Shown piece by piece: positions 7,055 to 12,670 of a stretch of 41,983 nucleotides of DNA. The translations under genes were made by a program, and so were the position numbers. Positions within the stretch are counted from its first letter, which is position 1. Every line of letters begins with the position of its first letter. The DNA is taken from the IMG/VR virus record IMGVR_UViG_3300045988_031699. One strand, given 5' to 3'. The DNA comes from a virus. Below the pieces are notes generated by a model, which worked only from the letters and a program-made list of their open reading frames with translations, was not told the DNA's origin and did no database searches.

Positions 7055-7400
7055 CCTGTAAACGCTCCAATTTCCGCATTACGCCATTATAAACTTTAGG
7101 ATTTGCTACATACAAGGCCGACATAAGCTCATCCAGCACGTTCAGCGCTGCTGTGATGTCTACGTTTGACACGGCCCGCAAAAAGTCACTGCCACCAACA
7201 GCAGCCCTTGTAGGCGGCTCTGCCGCTTCGTAGTAGCGCACAGGCTCTTGCAGTTCTGCTTTCTGCGGAGAATGGGACGCATCTGCAAGACGCTGATTTT
7301 TCACAACATACAGCGCTGCCAAATTTTTAACTCTGGTCATGGTGAGTTCGCTGCTTTCGATTTCGGCTATAGCGCCGTCAATCTCTCGCACGTCAACCAT
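7047..7400 (-). CDS. Cargo gene G: hypothetical 117-aa protein
   Basis: Clean ORF in tight array with F and H. No recognised family. Confidence 0.6.
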   Translation of the reverse strand: MVDVREIDGAIAEIESSELTMTRVKNLAALYVVKNQRLADASHSPQKAELQEPVRYYEAAEPPTRAAVGGSDFLRAVSNVDITAALNVLDELMSALYVANPKVYNGVMRKLERLQDE

Positions 7401-7417
7401 AGCCCTTACACCTCACT

Positions 7418-7831
7418 TTAACCGTTTCGCATCGTGTCAATGCAGCGCTGGATGACTTCCCTATCTTTGCTGTCAGCCCCGCGCATAATATCTTCCATGC
7501 GGGAAATCAGTGAATCGCGCCCATCGTCCATGCTGTAGTGCCCGCGCACATAATGCGAACCGCGCCGCGCATAGCTGCTGCCGCGTCCATAATTGCCGCG
7601 CATATTGGCGCTCCAATCACCATCGCGGCTGTAATCCTCATCGCGGCTGTAATCCTCATCGCGGCTGTAACCGTCATCTTCCAGCATGACAATTTTGTCG
7701 ATGTTTTTGATAGTGTCAGTCAGCTTGTGAACAGTTTCCAAGTCACCGGCAGACATTTCACCCTTCTTTCCGATTTCGTCCAGTTCTGCGCACAGCATGT
7801 CTTTCAAGTCATACAAAACTTTTTTGCTCAT
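7418..7831 (-). CDS. Cargo gene F: hypothetical 137-aa protein with acidic YSRDED repeat and R/G/Y/S-rich segment
   Basis: Helical N-terminus, (DGYSRD/EDYSRD/EDYSRD) from an 18-bp x3 repeat at 7622-7675, then NMRGNYGRGSSYARRGSHYVRGHYS. Confidence 0.6.
   Translation of the reverse strand: MSKKVLYDLKDMLCAELDEIGKKGEMSAGDLETVHKLTDTIKNIDKIVMLEDDGYSRDEDYSRDEDYSRDGDWSANMRGNYGRGSSYARRGSHYVRGHYSMDDGRDSLISRMEDIMRGADSKDREVIQRCIDTMRNG
7622..7675 (-). repeat. 18-bp x3 in-frame tandem repeat inside gene F
   Basis: atcgcggctgtaatcctc at 7622-7639 and 7640-7657; variant atcgcggctgtaaccgtc at 7658-7675. Confidence 0.9.
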
Positions 7832-7843
7832 GGTTTACTCCTT

Positions 7844-8266
7844 TCAGCTCACTCTCTCGACCACAAAGTTTGCGTTCGCAAACAAAACGGTTTGTGTGCT
7901 TGTATTTTCGGCGGCAACGGTCAGGCAGCAGCCGCGCGGAACTTCAACAAAAGACGTCACATAGATATTAAAGAAGTTTTCTACTGCTGCCGGTGTCACG
8001 GTTGCAGTCGCACTGTTCAGCGGTTCGCCGTTGATAGCAAGTGCCGCAGTAATAGCTCCCACTGTGCCGCCAGTAGGGATAGCAACGTTTGCACCAAAGC
8101 CCACTTTGAAACGAGCTTTGCACTGGTTCGTAATGCCGCGCAGCGTAACAATACCGGCGTCCTCTCTGTGTACGACACAGCCCTTGCCCGCTACTGCCGT
8201 TTCCGTCAGCGGCACGTTCTGGCCTGCTGCCACGCTCACGGTATTGGCATTTGTAAATTCAGCCAT
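7844..8266 (-). CDS. Cargo gene E: hypothetical 140-aa A/V/T/G-rich, probably all-beta protein
   Basis: ATG 8266 behind AAAGGA. Low charge with alternating hydrophobic pattern (…VTLRGITNQCKARFKVGFGANVAIPTGGTVGAITAALAING…). Follows an internal terminator. Confidence 0.6.
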   Translation of the reverse strand: MAEFTNANTVSVAAGQNVPLTETAVAGKGCVVHREDAGIVTLRGITNQCKARFKVGFGANVAIPTGGTVGAITAALAINGEPLNSATATVTPAAVENFFNIYVTSFVEVPRGCCLTVAAENTSTQTVLFANANFVVERVS

Positions 8267-8281
8267 AAAATCATTCCTTTC

Positions 8282-8316
8282 AAAAAAAGATAGTGGCGGG
8301 ACGATTGCCCCGCCAC
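8282..8316 (-). terminator. Intrinsic terminator between cargo genes D and E
   Basis: Minus strand: GTGGCGGG-N8-CCCGCCAC, then TATCTTTTTTTG. Confidence 0.5.
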
Positions 8317-8379
8317 ATTTTGCACTATCGGCACGGGGCCGAACATGTCAGATATTCAGACAAGTTGCCGTATTTGGTT

Positions 8380-9156
8380 TTAGCAGGCGCAGCCGTTGCA
8401 GGTGCCGCAATTCCCATACTGATACGGTGCGGGAACAGGGAAAGCAGGAACAGGGCGGGGGTTGTAGTAAGCAAGCTGCCCGCTCATATAGGCTTTCAGC
8501 GTTTCATTCTGCGCAGCCTGACTTGCGGCAAGCTGTGCGGCGAAAATCTGCTGGTTCTGCTCGGCAATCTTGGCATCTTTAGCCTCAATGCGCTGCGCCG
8601 TCAGTGCGTCAAGCACAGCGCGGGCGTTCGCGTTCTGGTTTTCGATGATGTCCCGAGTGCCGTTCTGGATAGTCTGGCGCGTGTCGCAAGCCTGCGTAGC
8701 GAGGTTGTAGTTTACGCCCTGGATAGCCTCGCGGGTCTCGCAGCAGCAATTCGCCTGCTGCATCTGCATGGCATTTAGCTGCTGCATAAATGCGGCCTGC
8801 TGGTTTGCGCGGCTGATTTCAGCCGACATAAAGCCCTGCTGCATAGCGTTCTGCACACCGTTGACAAGCTGTGCCTGAGCATAGAAGCCATCGCACAGGC
8901 CGTTGTTCACGACGTCGATTTTGCGCTCAACGTTGGCAAAATCACTGGTGAGGATGTATCCATCAACTGCGCCGGTGCTGCCGTTGCCGCCAAAGCCGTT
9001 GTTGCCCCAGTTGCCGCCCCAGCCGCAGAAAACGAAGAGGAAGAGAATAATAATCCACCACGCACCATCGCCGCCAAAGCCCCAGCCGTTGCCATTGCCC
9101 GTATTTGCGGGCTGAACAGGCATTGTCATAACAGTGCCGTCCGAAGAAAGACTCAT
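8380..9156 (-). CDS. Cargo gene D: membrane-anchored Gly/Asn/Trp- and Gln/Asn-rich protein with Cys-rich C-terminus
   Basis: ATG 9156 behind AAAGGAG. GNGNGWGFGGDGAWWIIILFLFVFCGWGGNWGNNGFGGNG (one TM), a long Q/N/A-rich region with a CCC motif, and the end ...PAPYQYGNCGTCNGCAC. Confidence 0.65.
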   Translation of the reverse strand: MSLSSDGTVMTMPVQPANTGNGNGWGFGGDGAWWIIILFLFVFCGWGGNWGNNGFGGNGSTGAVDGYILTSDFANVERKIDVVNNGLCDGFYAQAQLVNGVQNAMQQGFMSAEISRANQQAAFMQQLNAMQMQQANCCCETREAIQGVNYNLATQACDTRQTIQNGTRDIIENQNANARAVLDALTAQRIEAKDAKIAEQNQQIFAAQLAASQAAQNETLKAYMSGQLAYYNPRPVPAFPVPAPYQYGNCGTCNGCAC

Positions 9157-9210
9157 GTTTAACTCCTTTCAAAAGTTGAATGTATTGTTCACCGTGCGCA
9201 CGGTTTGAAC

Positions 9211-9429
9211 CTATTTTAAAAAGCTCTGGAACTGCTGCGCCATTGCTTGTAGCTGGTTTAGCTGCTGCTGGCTCATTTTGCCAGATTGCAGCAGCTTTTC
9301 CACCTCTTGTTTGGGGTCGCCCTGAAAATTTGCCCGGAACTGCTGAAACTGCTGCATCATCTGTTGAAACTGCCCCATCGGGCCGGGCATACGCCCGCCA
9401 CCTAAAACGTTAAACAGTGGATTTGGCAT
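9211..9429 (-). CDS. Cargo gene C: 72-aa Gln-rich protein
   Basis: ATG 9429 behind GAAGGAGAG. MGQFQQMMQQFQQFRANFQG...QQQLNQLQAMAQQFQSFLK. Overlaps the gene B end by 20 nt. Confidence 0.5.
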   Translation of the reverse strand: MPNPLFNVLGGGRMPGPMGQFQQMMQQFQQFRANFQGDPKQEVEKLLQSGKMSQQQLNQLQAMAQQFQSFLK

Positions 9430-9874
9430 TTTCGCTCTCCTTCTTCTTTGTCAGCGGTTTATCTGCCTCCAGCGCGTCAAAGCGGGCCGCCAGCGCGTCA
9501 AACTCTGCACGGGTGACAAACTCTCCGGCTTGTGCTTGCACGGTCTGTGTGGGCTGTTTCTGTGCCGCTGTGCGCTCTGCATAATCGAAGATGCGCAACG
9601 GCTGCGGCATCCCGCTTGCGTCCACTGTTTTGATATAGAACGAGCTTTTCTCGCTATCCATCAAAAGTACGCTGTTTCCTGGCGCACAAAGATAACTTTT
9701 TGCCGCTTCTTCTCCTTGCACCCAAATAATAGGAGCAGTTTGCTGTGCAGTCTGTTGCTGCTGCGGATACGCTGCCTGTCGAAGCTGTGCAAGCTGGTCA
9801 GGCATTGCAGTGGGCTGCCCCATCGGGTAATATCCCGGTGCAAATCCGGGCTGATATGGTACGCCAAACGCCAT
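9410..9874 (-). CDS. Cargo gene B: P/Q/Y-rich N-terminus, compact core, coiled-coil tail (hypothetical)
   Basis: ATG 9874 (track start 9880 is TTG) behind AAAGGA. MAFGVPYQPGFAPGYYPMGQP...IIWVQGEEAAKSYLCAPGNSVLLMDSEKSSFYIKTVDASGMPQPLRIFDY... Confidence 0.6.
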   Translation of the reverse strand: MAFGVPYQPGFAPGYYPMGQPTAMPDQLAQLRQAAYPQQQQTAQQTAPIIWVQGEEAAKSYLCAPGNSVLLMDSEKSSFYIKTVDASGMPQPLRIFDYAERTAAQKQPTQTVQAQAGEFVTRAEFDALAARFDALEADKPLTKKKESENAKSTV

Positions 9875-9880
9875 AGTCAA

Positions 9881-10258
9881 TCATCCTTTCTGCCAGTAGT
9901 ACAGCGGCACTTCATCTCCGCTGTCCCATGTATCCAACCAGTCCCCATTTTCCACGCACACAACATGCGTAGCCATTGCCAAAATATACGTGCCATCTGG
10001 GTGCTCCGCCGCAAAATCTGCCACTGTGTAGCAGTCCGGGCAGCTGTTCGGAATTGCCGAACGGTTCCACCCACATCGGCGCAGATAACTACCCCAGACA
10101 TAGTTTGCAGACGGCATATCATGCAGTTCAAATCCTGCCAGCACCAGCGCCGCATATACAGCCGCCCATGATTGATGCGTTGCGGCTGCAATGGCTCTGA
10201 CGGTACAATCGCCGACGCGCTTTTCTTCCGGGTTTAGGTTGATTTGCTTGTATGCCAT
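9881..10258 (-). CDS. Cargo gene A: small Cys/His protein, possibly papain-fold peptidase/amidase-like (tentative)
   Basis: ATG 10258 behind AAAGGAGCGG (track start 10291). N-terminal GDCTVRAIA and later ATHVVCVENGDWLDTWDSG suggest a Cys...His pair. First gene after the lysis terminators. Confidence 0.5.
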   Translation of the reverse strand: MAYKQINLNPEEKRVGDCTVRAIAAATHQSWAAVYAALVLAGFELHDMPSANYVWGSYLRRCGWNRSAIPNSCPDCYTVADFAAEHPDGTYILAMATHVVCVENGDWLDTWDSGDEVPLYYWQKG

Positions 10259-10291
10259 TCGAACCGCTCCTTTTATCTTAATTGTACACAA

Positions 10292-10340
10292 AAAGACGGC
10301 ACAACGTAGGCCAGTAAAGTGCCAACATTGTGCCGTCTTT
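10292..10340 (-). terminator. Long-loop hairpin (second, weaker terminator/processing-site candidate)
   Basis: AAAGACGGCACA-N25-TGTGCCGTCTTT (12-bp stem). On the minus strand it is followed by TTGTGTAC. Confidence 0.35.
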
Positions 10341-10345
10341 GGGAC

Positions 10346-10386
10346 AAAATAAAAAAGGGCGCGGCCACAAAAGCAGCCGCGCCCTT
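10346..10386 (-). terminator. Strong rho-independent terminator ending the late/lysis operon
   Basis: Minus strand: AAGGGCGCGGC-N10-GCCGCGCCCTT (11-bp GC-rich stem) running into TTTTTTATTTT. Confidence 0.75.
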
Positions 10387-10390
10387 TAAA

Positions 10391-10555
10391 TTAGCCTATT
10401 TTGTTTTTGATGCTGCGAACGCGCCGTTTTACCGTGCGCTCGCTGCAATTCAGTTCTGCCGCAATATCAGCATTGCGCCAGCCGCGCCGCCGAAGCTGCA
10501 AAACATCCGTTTCTTCATCGGTCAGCAAACCGCCGACAAAATCAAACTTTGGCAT
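10391..10555 (-). CDS. 54-aa LuxR/sigma-70 region-4-type HTH protein
   Basis: Not in the ORF track. ATG 10555, 2 nt after the holin stop. MPKFDFVGGLLTDEETDVLQLRRRGWRNADIAAELNCSERTVKRRVRSIKNKIG. Confidence 0.6.
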   Translation of the reverse strand: MPKFDFVGGLLTDEETDVLQLRRRGWRNADIAAELNCSERTVKRRVRSIKNKIG

Positions 10556-10557
10556 GA

Positions 10558-10776
10558 TTACTCATCCTTCTTGTTCTTGCTTTCGGTCTGTGTGCCAAAA
10601 TAGAAGGCCACAACCATTGTTACAATGGTCATGACCGTGTCAGGCTGTAATTTCTCCCGCAGCGCCAATGCCGCAAACACTGCAACGACAACCAGCGTCA
10701 CAATGGTTTTTACCTTGAAAAGTGCGGCAATGTTTTTCAAAAAATCGCCCATAGATATGCACTCCATTTCAGCCAA
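10558..10776 (-). CDS. Putative holin (two TM segments, charged C-terminus)
   Basis: TMs IVTLVVVAVFAALAL and VMTIVTMVVAFYFG, tail TQTESKNKKDE. Alternative start is ATG 10752 (MGDFLKN) behind GGAG. Lies in the lysis cassette. Confidence 0.55.
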   Translation of the reverse strand: MAEMECISMGDFLKNIAALFKVKTIVTLVVVAVFAALALREKLQPDTVMTIVTMVVAFYFGTQTESKNKKDE

Positions 10777-11137
10777 TCAGATGATTTTGCAAAGCTTCCT
10801 TTGCTTTCTGCATCTGGTCAATGTTGTTCCCATCCAGATTGTGGTCAAGCAGGGCAAGCAATGCCTGCATGGTCACATGCTGCCCCTCGTCCATGCGGTC
10901 AAGCCGCTGTTTATCTTTTTTCAAGAATCCCTCCATGGCGTTCACCCGCTCTTCAAGCTTGGTAATGCGTTTGTCCTGGTCGGTCTTCGGCTTTTTTACT
11001 GCAGTGATTACTTTGCTGATGGCAACACCACCGGCATACAGTCCGGCAGCAGCACCCGCCGCGTAAATTAAAAACGCCCAGGCCTCCGCAAGCGTAAACG
11101 AGAATACATGCTGCATCGGCATCACACCTCCGCCCAT
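10769..11137 (-). CDS. Lysis-associated membrane/coiled-coil protein (holin-like or holin partner)
   Basis: N-terminal TM AWAFLIYAAGAAAGLYAGGVAI followed by a coiled coil (RITKLEERVNAMEGFLKKDKQRLDRMDEG). Overlaps the endolysin stop. Confidence 0.5.
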   Translation of the reverse strand: MGGGVMPMQHVFSFTLAEAWAFLIYAAGAAAGLYAGGVAISKVITAVKKPKTDQDKRITKLEERVNAMEGFLKKDKQRLDRMDEGQHVTMQALLALLDHNLDGNNIDQMQKAKEALQNHLIG

Positions 11138-12399
11138 TCAGATTTGTACAGCCCGGCATCGGTCAGGCCGCGGCTCTGGCACAGCAGGTAAATTGCATCC
11201 GCATCTCCCTGCGTCACCGGCCCGATGGTAATCACTTGTAGCTTCCTTTCAGGCTTGTCCAAAGCGGGCAGGGCCTTTACCAGATGATTCAAATCAACCA
11301 CCTCGGTGATGCCCGGCACGTCGCCCTTTGCGGTCTGGCTGTACTGGTGGATGTATCGCGGCAGCGTCTTGTCGTAGTTGGCGCGGGTGTCGGCCAGCCA
11401 GCCGATGTAATCTTCACACAAATAGGTGTAGTCGATGTTTGCACTTGCGAACGCCGTGAAGGTGTAGATGCCTGCCATAAATCCGTGCGCTTTGGCTCTC
11501 TTACAGAACGCCATTGCAATTGCCGTGCGCTGGTCTTTGGTCAAGTTGTCCGCGCGGCCATCGTGAACGCCGGTCTTGGTTGTGTGTCCCCATTCGCTGT
11601 CGAAGAACAAGGGATAGCCTGTCGGGGCAAGGCTTGCGCAGAAATCAGCTTCCTCGCGGGCTTCGTCCACTGTGATGGCCTGCGAGAAGAAGTAAAAGCC
11701 GAACAGCTTTCCGTTCGCTTTCGCCCCTGCAAGGTTAGCATCGTACTGCTCGTCCTTCATCAGCTTTCCGCTGCCGTATCCGCGATACCCGATGCGAACA
11801 ATGGCACGGTAGGGAACCTTTGCCCAGTCGATGGCGCCCTGATGGTGAGACACATCAATCAGAACTTCCTCGCCGCTGGGCCGTGCAGCGTCTGCGGGTT
11901 TTTCTACAGCGTGCTCACCGGGGCGATAAGTAAACACCTTCCCGCTTGCCGTGGTAAAGTCGCCGTCCAGCCATACCAGCGGGTTGGTGCGGCTGCCGTT
12001 CAGAATGACTTCAAAGTGCAGGTGCGCTCCAAACACATTGCCGGTAGTGCCGCTATAGCCGATGAGGTCGCCCTCTTTGACCTGCTGTCCCAGCTTGACG
12101 CAATATCTGCTCAGGTGTGCGTATCGGGTCTGCATGGGCTTTCCCTTGTAGGGCGCGTGTTTGATTCTCACCATGTTGCCATAGCTCTGCATCCCGGTTT
12201 TTGTATGGCCGTCCCAGTCCTGCATCTGGTCAACTGTGCCATCCTCGGCAGCGTATACCGGCTGCGTGCTGGTATTGCCGATCTGGGTGCGCAGGTCGAT
12301 GGCCCGGTGCAAGCTGCCGTCGTTGTAAAACCATCCTTGTGTGATGATGTGCTGGGCCAGAGGCCACGCCAGCAACACCTCACCGTTTGAGAGTCTCAT
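11122..12399 (-). CDS. Bifunctional endolysin: M23 peptidase plus GH25 muramidase
   Basis: M23 motifs HRAIDL and GAHLHFEV. GH25 signature IDVSHHQGAIDWAKV...RIGYRG. 425 aa with an extra C-terminal domain. Confidence 0.85.
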   Translation of the reverse strand: MRLSNGEVLLAWPLAQHIITQGWFYNDGSLHRAIDLRTQIGNTSTQPVYAAEDGTVDQMQDWDGHTKTGMQSYGNMVRIKHAPYKGKPMQTRYAHLSRYCVKLGQQVKEGDLIGYSGTTGNVFGAHLHFEVILNGSRTNPLVWLDGDFTTASGKVFTYRPGEHAVEKPADAARPSGEEVLIDVSHHQGAIDWAKVPYRAIVRIGYRGYGSGKLMKDEQYDANLAGAKANGKLFGFYFFSQAITVDEAREEADFCASLAPTGYPLFFDSEWGHTTKTGVHDGRADNLTKDQRTAIAMAFCKRAKAHGFMAGIYTFTAFASANIDYTYLCEDYIGWLADTRANYDKTLPRYIHQYSQTAKGDVPGITEVVDLNHLVKALPALDKPERKLQVITIGPVTQGDADAIYLLCQSRGLTDAGLYKSEWAEV

Positions 12400-12656
12400 T
12401 GATTTTCCTCCTCGTACAGCGGATTTTGAATCTGCTCATTCGTTGCGTTGCCGTCCTGCACCGTTTCAGCATCCACCGCATCATAATACGCCTGCGCCAG
12501 CGTCTCCACCTCTGCAATGTCCGCCTCATCCAGCAGGCCGTTGTCGTAGTGCGTGTATGCTTTGTCAAGCCAAAACGCAACGTCACGTCCTGCTGCAATC
12601 TCCCGCTTGATGCTGCGCAGCGTCAAATCGTGCCGTGCTTTACTCTTGATAGCCAT
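12396..12656 (-). CDS. Hypothetical 86-aa protein between tail fibre and lysin
   Basis: Clean ORF with ATGA-type coupling to the lysin. Acidic C-terminus. No family recognised. Confidence 0.5.
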   Translation of the reverse strand: MAIKSKARHDLTLRSIKREIAAGRDVAFWLDKAYTHYDNGLLDEADIAEVETLAQAYYDAVDAETVQDGNATNEQIQNPLYEEENQ

Positions 12657-12670
12657 GGTGATTTCTCCTT

